A stretch of 64,000 bases of DNA from Firmicutes bacterium UBA6113 (GTDB lineage Bacteria; Bacillota; Clostridia; Tissierellales; Sedimentibacteraceae): positions 36,072 to 100,071 of the forward strand of contig DIWF01000024.1 of the NCBI GenBank assembly GCA_002422545.1, read 5' to 3'. A program made the position numbers and the translations under genes. The notes under the pieces were generated by a model that did no database searches, was not told where the DNA came from, and was given only the letters and a program-made list of their open reading frames with translations. This document shows, piece after piece, positions 1 through 9,160 of this stretch; position 1 is the stretch's first letter, and every line of letters starts with the position of its first letter.

Positions 1-574
1 TTGTCAGAACAACTCTGTCATTCACTATGTCATCCCAGTATTTTGAGATAAGTTCAACATGCATTTCATCAACCTTCTTATACAGGTCTGTTGCTGTAGT
101 GCTCTCATTAATCTCAATAACACCCTGACCGATAATTTCACCAGTATCTACACCTTCATCAAGTTTGAACATTGTAACGCCAGTCTTATCAAGTCCTTTT
201 ATAATCGTCCAAGGAATAGCTGCTCTACCTCTGCCTACAGGAAGGAGTGTTGGATGCATCCCTATGCAACCGTTAGTCGTTGTTTCTAGAACTTCCTGCT
301 TTGCCATCTGAGACCAACCAACAATAAAAAGCCAATCGATCTCATGCTTTATTAGAGCTTCAACTACTTCTGAATCGTTGATATTATTTATCTTAAGAAG
401 AGGTGTATTCTCTCTTTCTGCCACTTCGTCAAGATAGATTCTTCCAGACTTATTCTTAGCCTTTTCATCTTTCAACGTGATGAGAAGGTCTAATTTTCCA
501 CCAATACGATATATTTCTTCAATACAACTCAGGCCCAACTGGACACAAGTAGTAAATGCGATTTTCTTCTTCAT
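1..574 (-). CDS. Formyltransferase (Fmt/sugar N-formyltransferase family), 3' end outside window
   Basis: Missing from the ORF track; translated manually from ATG at 574 with a GGAGAGG RBS: MKKKIAFTTCVQLGLSCIEE...IVGWSQ...GMHPTLLPVGRGRAAIPW...GVTMFKLDEGVDTGEII. The HPxLLPxxRGxxxxxW and DxGxDTG motifs are diagnostic of formyltransferases. Confidence 0.88.
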   Translation of the reverse strand, partial: MKKKIAFTTCVQLGLSCIEEIYRIGGKLDLLITLKDEKAKNKSGRIYLDEVAERENTPLLKINNINDSEVVEALIKHEIDWLFIVGWSQMAKQEVLETTTNGCIGMHPTLLPVGRGRAAIPWTIIKGLDKTGVTMFKLDEGVDTGEIIGQGVIEINESTTATDLYKKVDEMHVELISKYWDDIVNDRVVLT

Positions 575-615
575 AATTTCGATTCCTCTCCAATTAATGT
601 TGAGTTTACTAGATA

Positions 616-1296
616 CTAAAAACCTCTTCTAAATACACTTTCAAAGCTTTCAGCATAAACCATACCAGCCTGTCCACCTCTATATGCAGCTAGTCCTTTT
701 AAAGCTTCATCGCTTCTAGGATGTGGATAAGGCCTCATGACCCCTCTATACATAGAAAGTGCTTCTATCTTCATATCTACAGCTTCTTCTCCCACCTCAA
801 TAAAGGTATTTGGATTGAATTGATTCATAGATTTATTTAATGCCCATTCAGTTGCAGAAGGTACTTCCATAAAGAGTAATTCCTTTAGTGGACTTACTTC
901 TGATCTTCGTTGAAAAAGTCTCACTGCAGCCTGACATGCAAGAGACGTATGAAAGTGATCATTATTTAAATCAGCTGGATGATGTGTAAAAACAACTTCA
1001 GAATTTGTCTCTTCAATTGCTTTTTCTATGAATTGAACTAATTTTAAATGAGGTACTGTATTGAATTCGATATTTGGGAATTCGCATTTAATGACTCTTT
1101 TAACGCCTAATAGGCTTAATGAGTTATTGACATCCTCATGAAGTTCTTCTGTCGCTGGTCTATGATTTCTAGCATTTACTTCTCCAGACATAATACATAC
1201 ATTTACCGTATGACCTTCCTGTGCTAATTTATACATAGTGGCTCCTGCGCCTAAAACTTCATCATCTGGATGTGCTACTACTACTAAATAATTCAT
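616..1296 (-). CDS. PIG-L/LmbE family N-acetyl-sugar deacetylase
   Basis: VVAHPDDEVLG metal motif, THHPADLNNDH motif, and a C-terminal HPRS..G...AESF segment typical of polysaccharide-cluster PIG-L proteins. Confidence 0.9.
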   Translation of the reverse strand: MNYLVVVAHPDDEVLGAGATMYKLAQEGHTVNVCIMSGEVNARNHRPATEELHEDVNNSLSLLGVKRVIKCEFPNIEFNTVPHLKLVQFIEKAIEETNSEVVFTHHPADLNNDHFHTSLACQAAVRLFQRRSEVSPLKELLFMEVPSATEWALNKSMNQFNPNTFIEVGEEAVDMKIEALSMYRGVMRPYPHPRSDEALKGLAAYRGGQAGMVYAESFESVFRRGF

Positions 1297-1549
1297 CTTC
1301 CCTACCTCACTTCATGTAATGTAATTTCCTATATAAGTACAAGTTCTCCTATTTTGAGCACCTTCAATTTCTAGTTTATGTATCTAAAAATCCTGATTTA
1401 TTTGATTCTGATTGGATGCTTAGCCATGTAATGCTTCTGTAACATTCGTTCTGATATCGCTGACTTACAGCCTATTTATCCTTCCACCATACTCACTTCG
1501 CAAATACCATCCAACCTACAAAAACGGAATTTGCTTTACTTACACCTCT

Positions 1550-1675
1550 TTAAGTGTGTCCAAATACAGCTAAAAATCTTGGAGTTGCAATCAAAAATTT
1601 AATAACAATAGTCAAAAATACTATTATCAATTCAATTAATGTAATACCCTTGATGTTTTTAAATAAAGATTTCAA
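1550..1675 (-). pseudogene. Truncated/degenerate type IV prepilin (41 codons)
   Basis: Manual translation from TTG at 1675: LKSLFKNIKG/ITLIELIIVFLTIVIKFLIATPRFLAVFGHT*. It has a basic leader, G at -1, E at +5 and P at +22, with an AGAAGTGA RBS-like site upstream. It stops right after the N-terminal helix. Confidence 0.55.
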
Positions 1676-1776
1676 TCAAATCACTTCTTTCAATATCTAC
1701 AATTATACCTATCAATTATAATAGTATATCAATTAGTCTTTTAATCTTTAAGTACATATTTTACCTCAATTTTACC

Positions 1777-3669
1777 TCATGCACACTCTATAGCTTTACT
1801 GAACTCTTTGTTTGTTGTTCTTTTATATGTTGGTACTAATTTTTCTATTAAAAAAATAATTCTATCAATATCCATATCATTAGCTGCTTTTTCCAATTCT
1901 TTTATTAATTCAAACAATTCATTTTCATCAAATTCGCTGGGTCTTTCTATGAATATTTTTTCTATATTTGTTTTTATTTGATTTTTGTCATGGCTTATCA
2001 GCAACTCTTCATAGAGTTTTTCACCTGGTCTAAGTCCTGTATATTCTATATTTATATCAATTTCAGGTTCTAAGCCGGACAGTTTAATTAAATTGTATGC
2101 TAAGTCCTTAATTTTAACAGGCTCTCCCATGTCAAGAACAAATATTTCTCCGCCTTCCGCCATGGATGAAGCTCTAAGAACTAATTGAACTGCTTCGGGT
2201 ATAGTCATGAAGTAACGTGTAATATCTTCGTGAGTTACTGTTACCGGTCCACCTTCTTTTATCTGCTCTTTGAACAACGGAATTACTGAGCCATTGCTAC
2301 CTAGTACATTTCCAAAACGTACTGCAACGAAATCCGTCTCGCTGTACTTATTATAAGACTGAATTATCATCTCAGCAATTCTTTTTGTTGCTCCCATTAC
2401 ATTTGTGGGATTAACAGCCTTGTCAGTAGAAATAAGAACAAACTTTTCAACATTATTTTCATGAGCTGATTGCACTACGTTGTACGTTCCTATAACATTG
2501 TTCTTGATTGCTTCCTCTGGATTTTTTTCCATGAGAGGAACATGCTTGTGTGCCGCAGCATGAAACACTATGTCAATATTTTGAGAAGCAAAAATTTTAT
2601 CAAGTTTACTTTTGTCTCTTATGGAAGCTATTTCAACTTCTACATCTAGTTTATTGCCATATAATCTGATTAACTCCTGCTGAATGCTATAGGCATTGTT
2701 TTCATATATATCAAGGATAATTAATTTGGTTGGAATATATGATGATACTTGCCTGCAAAGCTCTGAACCTATGGAACCGCCGCCACCCGTTACTAAAATC
2801 GTCTTTCCTCGGATGTACTCCTTAGTCAGTGTACAGTCCAGGGTTATAGGTTCCCTGCCCAGTAAATCCTCTACCTGGACATCTCTAATCTTTTCCAATA
2901 TATTGTTGTCATTGGTCAATAGGCTATAAACTTCAGGCAATATTTTTAGCTTGCATTTTGTGTCTGCACAAATATCAAGTATTCGCTTTTTGTTTTCTTT
3001 GTCGAGTGATGGTATGGAAATTATTATTTCTTCTATATCGTATTTCCTTAGCATCTGAGGTATTTTATCAGTTATTGATACTACGGGCACGGAATTAATA
3101 CTTCTGCCTATTTTCGCTTTATCATCATCCACGATGCATTTCACTTGATAACTATTAGGATTATTTCTGCCTATTTCGTGTAATATGGCTAAAGTGGCCT
3201 GTCCTGCTCCAACTATCATTATGTTTGTGTAATGACTCAATTTTTTTGAGCTTTTATCACCTATAATCAGCACAGCCCTATAAACCACTCTAATGGCCAT
3301 GGTACAGAAACTTGTTACAAAAAATGCTACAATATATACGTAATATCTCACAAATATATTTAGTGTCTTGGTTAATATGAGAAACAAAAAGTTAGCCAGT
3401 ACAGAAGCCTGCAGACATTTAAAAATATCCTGTATGCCTGCATATCTCCATATATTTTTGTATACACCCATTATTATAAACATTCCAATATATACTACAG
3501 TGTATATATACCAAGTGTTTAGGAACCAATCTATTTTAGTTGGGTGTACACCACTGATAATATGTGGTGATAAATATGATATAACTGCAATAAATGTGTC
3601 TATTAGCACCAATATATACTTGCGGTATTTATTTAATAACTTGAAAACTTTGTTATACATATCGGACAT
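1777..3669 (-). CDS. Membrane-bound UDP-GlcNAc 4,6-dehydratase (PglF/CapD/WbpM family)
   Basis: Four N-terminal TM segments, IVGAG Rossmann motif, TGGGGSIGSE, HAAAHKHVP, STDKAV, RFGNVLGS and GLRPGEKLYEEL. Confidence 0.93.
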   Translation of the reverse strand: MSDMYNKVFKLLNKYRKYILVLIDTFIAVISYLSPHIISGVHPTKIDWFLNTWYIYTVVYIGMFIIMGVYKNIWRYAGIQDIFKCLQASVLANFLFLILTKTLNIFVRYYVYIVAFFVTSFCTMAIRVVYRAVLIIGDKSSKKLSHYTNIMIVGAGQATLAILHEIGRNNPNSYQVKCIVDDDKAKIGRSINSVPVVSITDKIPQMLRKYDIEEIIISIPSLDKENKKRILDICADTKCKLKILPEVYSLLTNDNNILEKIRDVQVEDLLGREPITLDCTLTKEYIRGKTILVTGGGGSIGSELCRQVSSYIPTKLIILDIYENNAYSIQQELIRLYGNKLDVEVEIASIRDKSKLDKIFASQNIDIVFHAAAHKHVPLMEKNPEEAIKNNVIGTYNVVQSAHENNVEKFVLISTDKAVNPTNVMGATKRIAEMIIQSYNKYSETDFVAVRFGNVLGSNGSVIPLFKEQIKEGGPVTVTHEDITRYFMTIPEAVQLVLRASSMAEGGEIFVLDMGEPVKIKDLAYNLIKLSGLEPEIDINIEYTGLRPGEKLYEELLISHDKNQIKTNIEKIFIERPSEFDENELFELIKELEKAANDMDIDRIIFLIEKLVPTYKRTTNKEFSKAIECA

Positions 3670-3681
3670 TTTAGCCCCCTG

Positions 3682-5520
3682 CTACTTTTCTTCCAAAATT
3701 CTATTTCTTAATCTAAGATTTATACATATTCCCAATCCTAGAATTATACAAAATATCGGTGTAACACTTACCACGTTGTCATTAAACATACCTGCTGCTA
3801 GATATCCAATTACACAAATCAAGCATGACGCACCTAAATATTTTTCAAGAGAATTATAGTTTATTTTGAAATATAATTTCAAGCTGTTTATAATATATAT
3901 TCCCCATACTGAAATTAATGATATCAGTGAAATGGCTCCCGTATTAGTGGCAATCTGTAAGTACATATTGTGTGGTTTGTCAACAACTGTGGTTGGATCA
4001 TAAAATACATTTGATTTAGTTAACAAGTCATCCTGTGGAAATGCTATTGGGTAATTGTCTGGCCCCGAACCATAAATTACATAATTTTTAAGCAAGGGTA
4101 TTGTCCTACCCCAAATATAACCCCTGTTTGATGCAAGACTTTCCAGGCCATCGAGCTGTTTAAAAGTATCAGCTGTTATAGGTTCAGTTAATCTACCTCC
4201 AGAGCTTATCATCTTGACACCGCTGTTTGTAAAGTAAAAGTTGAAGTTTCTACCCACCCTAATCACTGTAATACCAGGATATCTTTCAGCAATTGTAATT
4301 TTATATCCTGCATATCTTTTGTCATTAATAGTTATTTCATTCCCTTTTGTTGTTATTTCCAATTCATTGTTGTTTTCATCCAGAAAATAAAGCTTATTTC
4401 CGTCTATTTTGAAATTCAGCGTCTCTCTGCTTGTTTTAAATGTAAATTCATTTTGTCCCAATATTATATCTTCAAATCTGATTGTTTTTTCATCATTAGC
4501 TGATGCCTTGATTGTTTCAATCTGCTCTTTCACATTGAATACTTTTAATCTGTTAACTATACTGCCTTCAGTATAGTTGTTAAGACCTACTAAAATCGAG
4601 GCAAATACTATTAATATTCCAGCAGACACCATCCAATATTTTTTAATAATCTTCCTAAAAAGTAACAGTGCAAACCCTGCAGCCACTGCAACTCCCAGAT
4701 ACCCTGCCCTCGAATTACACCCTATCCACACAAACAACATTAAAACCACTGCAATTGCTGATGCAATTCTTTGCTTCCTGTTCTTTGTTCCTATCAGTAT
4801 AGCAACCGCCATAGGCAGCATCAGTGTTGCAAAGCTTCCAACAAAGTTTGTGTTGAACAATGTTCCGTAAATTGTCTTTGGTCCGAAGGAAAATGAAAGC
4901 CCGTCAACCTGAATGTCTCCCGGTACTATCAAGCTCTTGCCTATTTCTGTCTGGAAGAAGTCGAATCCGAAGTACTGACCTACTCCTATTATTCCTTCCA
5001 CTATCATCAGGAACAAAAATGCATTTACAAATAAATTCACATCTCTTTCGCTATTTACAAAATTGATTGTCAGGAATGTGATGATGACGTAGCTTAACAG
5101 GACAAACATGCCTTGATACATATCCACAAATCCCCACAGTGCTGTTTGTGTATCTATGGCGAATATAGTTGATATTATTACAAATATTGCGTATATTCCA
5201 AGCGGTATGTAGTATTGTTTTAAATTCTTGAATGGTAATTTTTTTTGTTTATATAATATTATGTAAAAAATAAGTCCTATTAATGTGAGTGCCATTACCC
5301 AGCGGGATTTCCAGTAGCTGAAGAAATCCAGGTATTGCTGCTGGCCTGTCCAATAAAGAGATTGGGTTGTACCTGTCAAATCAATGTACTTAGCGTATAC
5401 TATAAGAGGCACGAAGCCTGCAATCAACAAAAGGGGCATGAAGTAAACCGTTGATAACCTTTTGTTTTCGTAATCTATATTAATAGGTTCTTGTTTTGCT
5501 TTTTCTTTTTTGACTTTCAA
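3682..5520 (-). CDS. O-antigen ligase (Wzy_C) family protein, probable protein O-oligosaccharyltransferase
   Basis: About 12 TM segments, SRAGY motif, a large extracellular loop, and RGYIW...GSGPD...PHNMYLQ motifs of the WaaL/OTase family. It sits next to surface-protein genes. Confidence 0.8.
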   Translation of the reverse strand: MKVKKEKAKQEPINIDYENKRLSTVYFMPLLLIAGFVPLIVYAKYIDLTGTTQSLYWTGQQQYLDFFSYWKSRWVMALTLIGLIFYIILYKQKKLPFKNLKQYYIPLGIYAIFVIISTIFAIDTQTALWGFVDMYQGMFVLLSYVIITFLTINFVNSERDVNLFVNAFLFLMIVEGIIGVGQYFGFDFFQTEIGKSLIVPGDIQVDGLSFSFGPKTIYGTLFNTNFVGSFATLMLPMAVAILIGTKNRKQRIASAIAVVLMLFVWIGCNSRAGYLGVAVAAGFALLLFRKIIKKYWMVSAGILIVFASILVGLNNYTEGSIVNRLKVFNVKEQIETIKASANDEKTIRFEDIILGQNEFTFKTSRETLNFKIDGNKLYFLDENNNELEITTKGNEITINDKRYAGYKITIAERYPGITVIRVGRNFNFYFTNSGVKMISSGGRLTEPITADTFKQLDGLESLASNRGYIWGRTIPLLKNYVIYGSGPDNYPIAFPQDDLLTKSNVFYDPTTVVDKPHNMYLQIATNTGAISLISLISVWGIYIINSLKLYFKINYNSLEKYLGASCLICVIGYLAAGMFNDNVVSVTPIFCIILGLGICINLRLRNRILEEK

Positions 5521-5710
5521 TTTTGGTCCCCCATATTATTGTAGTAATTTGTCACATTTATTTTATGCTTATATATTATAACACGGTATGCTTCAAATGC
5601 AAACAAAAATATGCCTATGAACTAAAACGGTTTAGTTTTTATTCCTGGATAAATACAAAATAGCTTAAGAATGTTGGTTTGGTTTAATTATATAACACTA
5701 TTAATTCAAT

Positions 5711-5770
5711 AAAAATGCTCCCTCTGCAAAACAGCCATATTTTTCTGTTTCTTACAAGGGAGCATATTTT
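5711..5770 (-). terminator. Probable intrinsic terminator of the 489-aa surface-protein gene
   Basis: Inverted repeat ATGCTCCCT (5715-5723) / AGGGAGCAT (5757-5765) with an inner AAACAG/CTGTTT hairpin and an A-run giving a U-tract on the minus strand. Confidence 0.5.
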
Positions 5771-5799
5771 ATTTCTTAGATGTTGTATAAAATACCATA

Positions 5800-7269
5800 T
5801 TAGTTAGCTGTGATAAATGTTACACTCATATTTCCTTCATTATCAATTACTGTAACTTTTACGACAACATTACCAGCTTGAATAGCAGCTAACCATTCTG
5901 CGTCATTTGCATACCCCATTGTTGAATAGTTAGGATCAACTACAGTCTTTATTTCTTGATCAGCTGGTACTGTATTTACATATGCAGTATTATTTTCAGC
6001 ACCTGAACAGTATTTAACGCCTGTATCTCCTAAATTCAGGTATCCGCTCCATGTCTTTGACTTAACAATTGGAGTACCGTCTGATTTTAAAGTTTCTACA
6101 AAAGTAGATCCATCCATTTTTCCATAGCTAATTAATATATTTCCTAGTTTATCTTGACTAAGATCTATTTCTTCGCTTAGTGAAAATCCTAATTCAATAC
6201 GAGGACTTCCTAAATTTGATGTAACGCTTGCTGAAGTATTAGAAAATGTTGTCGGTGTTGTATCATCTTGTTCTACAGCTTCAACTGTCAGGTTGTAATC
6301 TCCTGCTACACCAAACTTAACAGTTATAGACTTAGTTTCAGTGCCCCCACTTGTCAGTAATTCAGAATCAATGAAATGTTTAATAGCAGTAATTCCATTA
6401 ATTGAAATGTACTTATCACTAGTAACAACATATCCTATATTGCTTACCTCTTTATTTGCAGTAGCTTCAAATGATATTGTCTTACTTTCTCCTGTCAGTG
6501 CATTTCCAATTGCTAAATTGTCGCCTGAAATTGTACCTCCGGATACCCATTTAAGTGTGATTGCAGGAACGGCGGAAATGGTCTCTATGGCAGTTTTTAA
6601 ATAACCAAGTACAGTTACATATGAACCGCTGTATGCATTGTTCATGAACAAAGTACTAACTTTTTCTTCGTCAGCTGAGTTAAGAGCCTGATATGCATCA
6701 AAAATTGAGTTTTGTGCTATTATAGCATTATAACCATAATTAACTCCGTAGAAACTATTTATTTCTGTTTCTGTGAAATTATCCAAAAGTCCATCATTAT
6801 CCAGCTTCAAGTCTGCTACAATTTCTTCTAATGTTCTTGTTGTATTGCTGTTTAACAGCTGCAGAAGATTCATTTTGTTAGTTTCTATTTCTACACCCAG
6901 GTCAAATGCTGCCTGTACCTCTGCAACAGATGCAAAATTACCTTTTGCAAACTTAGTGAAGCTTACATAATCTGCAACTGCTTGGCGTCTTCCGCCAGCT
7001 GTAAGTTTATTATATTCTGTTAGATTTAAACCGAGTGCAGTATTTTCTAATGCAGCCTGCATTGCAAACCCTGGGTCATCCTCCACTTGAGTAATATTAA
7101 GAGCATTTACAGCTGCTAGTGCTTCTGCAGCCTGATTTGCAGTTACAGTTACTGTAGCTGTCAGCTTATTTGAAATTACTGTATAAGCCGCCGCAGATGT
7201 TCCCGATGACATTACCATCACAAAAACCAATACCAATGCTAATACTTTTGAAAATCTTGTTCTTACCAC
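5800..7269 (-). CDS. Secreted S-layer-like/surface protein without SLH domains (helical domain plus Ig-like domains)
   Basis: Sec signal peptide ending ...GTSAAA, Ala/Thr/Asn/Val-rich with almost no Cys, GTG start with GGAGG RBS, and a helical LGLNLTEYNKL...FASVAEVQAAF block followed by beta-rich domains. Confidence 0.65.
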   Translation of the reverse strand: MVRTRFSKVLALVLVFVMVMSSGTSAAAYTVISNKLTATVTVTANQAAEALAAVNALNITQVEDDPGFAMQAALENTALGLNLTEYNKLTAGGRRQAVADYVSFTKFAKGNFASVAEVQAAFDLGVEIETNKMNLLQLLNSNTTRTLEEIVADLKLDNDGLLDNFTETEINSFYGVNYGYNAIIAQNSIFDAYQALNSADEEKVSTLFMNNAYSGSYVTVLGYLKTAIETISAVPAITLKWVSGGTISGDNLAIGNALTGESKTISFEATANKEVSNIGYVVTSDKYISINGITAIKHFIDSELLTSGGTETKSITVKFGVAGDYNLTVEAVEQDDTTPTTFSNTSASVTSNLGSPRIELGFSLSEEIDLSQDKLGNILISYGKMDGSTFVETLKSDGTPIVKSKTWSGYLNLGDTGVKYCSGAENNTAYVNTVPADQEIKTVVDPNYSTMGYANDAEWLAAIQAGNVVVKVTVIDNEGNMSVTFITAN

Positions 7270-7313
7270 TTTTCTTTCCTCCGATTAATTTTTATTATTT
7301 GTTTAAAAACTAA

Positions 7314-7392
7314 TTGGTAGCTAGGCTGCCTTTCCCCCGAAGGGCCCTATAGCTTTGCGTCCTTGTCTTGCGGCAAGTTTGCTCTTTTCAAT
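7314..7392 (-). promoter_or_regulatory. c-di-GMP-I (GEMM-I) riboswitch, A20 variant
   Basis: Minus strand reads GAGCAAACTTGCC-GCAA-GACAAG-GACGCAAAGC-TATAGGGCCC-TTCG-GGG...GCAGCCTAGCTACC. This gives GCAAA, a GNRA-capped P2, the invariant GACGCAAAG and P3, upstream of the surface-protein gene. Confidence 0.9.
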
Positions 7393-7459
7393 TTTGTATC
7401 CCTTTACCCTTGCGCTCACCTCCATTTACCATCAAAGAAGATTTTAGATAATTGATACA

Positions 7460-9073
7460 TCATTCTTTGATTACATAGACTGTGAGTTTATATTCACCTA
7501 GATTGTTGAAGGTTGCTGATGCAGAAATGTTTATACTTTCGCTGATGTTTAACCCTTCACCAATCCTGTAAATATCATTTATATTAAATATTTCATTATT
7601 TTCTGTATCTCTTATAGTGATATCACCACTGTTTATATATTTAAAATCTGTGCCCTCTTTTTTTTCCCACAACATAACCACTGTGACATCATCCATGGAA
7701 CTTACACCGTCAATCAAACTTAAATTGACGTTTATTATTTCTGTGTCACCTTCATAATTGTTTCCAGATGGATTTGTCCAATTTAACACCACAGGAGCAA
7801 CTGGTCCTCCTCCGCCGCCTCCTCCTGCTGCAGGAGGTATTATTTCAGGTTCTGAAATTCCAGGTGATACATCCATTTTCTCAGGTTCTTTTTCAAATGT
7901 TACTCCATTTGAATTTATTTGGGCATTTTCTATGGTGCCGTTTCCTGTAAATGAAATTTGCGAATTTATTATTGCAGATTGTATTGTTGCACCTTCCCCC
8001 AAGTAAATCGAGAATCCTTCCGGTGCTCCGTTAATTACCAGACTTTCGATTATGCCTGTCCTGATATTTAACCTTATAGTTGCATTGAAAGTGAGCTCAT
8101 TTATGTTGGCATTAATTGTAACAACATTGCTTGAATCTGCATTTTCATCTATTAAAACTTTATTGAAGCCAGTTCCGGTTAAGTCCTTCTGTTCTAACTT
8201 GACTCCTGATAAAATACTGGTCAAGTCTACTTCAGTACTGCCTTGAAGCAATATACGCAATTTCCCGTCTTCTTTATCAATAATCAATTTATTAATTGAG
8301 GAATCTTGTATTATAACTGATTTTTCGCCGCCGCCTTCAACAAGAAGCTCTCCAGTTATGTTGACATTTTTTAATGTTACTTCTCCACTGCCAACTTTTT
8401 TTGAAATATAAACATTTTCGTATGTTTTGTTTTCTATGATGGTTCCTGTTTCAGTGATAGTCAAATCATACTTCATTGTGTTGTCCATTCTGTCAAGCAA
8501 TACTACAGCTTCTGCTCTAGTTATGGGATTTTGAGGTCTGAATGTTCTATCTTCACTGTACCCTATCAATAATTGCGCATTAGCTGCAGCATTCACATAT
8601 TCTTTAGCCCAGTCAGAAATTTGACTGCTGTCGGCGAATTCTTGTACACTTTCCGAATTATTTTCTAATCCCTGTATTTTTGCTACTATAACTGCAGCTT
8701 GCTCCCTGGTAAGGTAATCATTAGGAGCAAATATTTTTTCTGAAATACCTTTTATATAACCTGCTGCCAGTGATTTTTGAACTTCTTCATAATACCATTC
8801 ATTTTGATTTACATCTTCAAAACTGATTTCAGTAACCTTAGTATATCCAAACAAATTGTTTACCAACTTCACGAATTCAGCTCTGGTAACTTGTCCTTCC
8901 GGTCTGAATGAACCATCAGGATACCCATTTATATAACCTTTATCTACCCACCCTTTTATTGTGTTTTCTGCCCAATGACCTTCATAATCCTTGCTTTTTC
9001 CATACACTGCAATAGGTATTGCTGCAAAGATCATTGCAAATAACAACAAAAATAATATCGTTTTCTTATGCAT
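7460..9073 (-). CDS. SLH-domain cell-surface protein (3 SLH, beta-helix-like region, Gly linker, C-terminal Ig-like domain)
   Basis: Signal peptide; SLH motifs HWAE..I...GYPDGSFRPEGQVTRAEF, FAPNDYLTREQAA and FRPQNPITRAEA; PPAAGGGGGGGP linker. Confidence 0.9.
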   Translation of the reverse strand: MHKKTILFLLLFAMIFAAIPIAVYGKSKDYEGHWAENTIKGWVDKGYINGYPDGSFRPEGQVTRAEFVKLVNNLFGYTKVTEISFEDVNQNEWYYEEVQKSLAAGYIKGISEKIFAPNDYLTREQAAVIVAKIQGLENNSESVQEFADSSQISDWAKEYVNAAANAQLLIGYSEDRTFRPQNPITRAEAVVLLDRMDNTMKYDLTITETGTIIENKTYENVYISKKVGSGEVTLKNVNITGELLVEGGGEKSVIIQDSSINKLIIDKEDGKLRILLQGSTEVDLTSILSGVKLEQKDLTGTGFNKVLIDENADSSNVVTINANINELTFNATIRLNIRTGIIESLVINGAPEGFSIYLGEGATIQSAIINSQISFTGNGTIENAQINSNGVTFEKEPEKMDVSPGISEPEIIPPAAGGGGGGGPVAPVVLNWTNPSGNNYEGDTEIINVNLSLIDGVSSMDDVTVVMLWEKKEGTDFKYINSGDITIRDTENNEIFNINDIYRIGEGLNISESINISASATFNNLGEYKLTVYVIKE

Positions 9074-9133
9074 AGTATTCCCCCATAAAGTTTTTAGTCT
9101 ATATTAAACTTTTAAAAAGTGAGATAAGAAATT

Positions 9134-9160
9134 AAAAAACCGCTAAAGATTCTTTAGCGG
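9134..9160 (-). terminator. Riboswitch expression-platform terminator
   Basis: Perfect CCGCTAAAGA/TCTTTAGCGG inverted repeat followed by six U on the minus strand, between the aptamer and the SLH gene. Confidence 0.85.

Noticed and set aside
7318..7425. 34-aa ORF (MEVSARVKGYKIEKSK...) and GGAGGTGA site overlapping the second riboswitch
   Set aside because: The ORF runs through the conserved aptamer and has no RBS of its own. The GGAGGTGA has no suitably spaced start codon.
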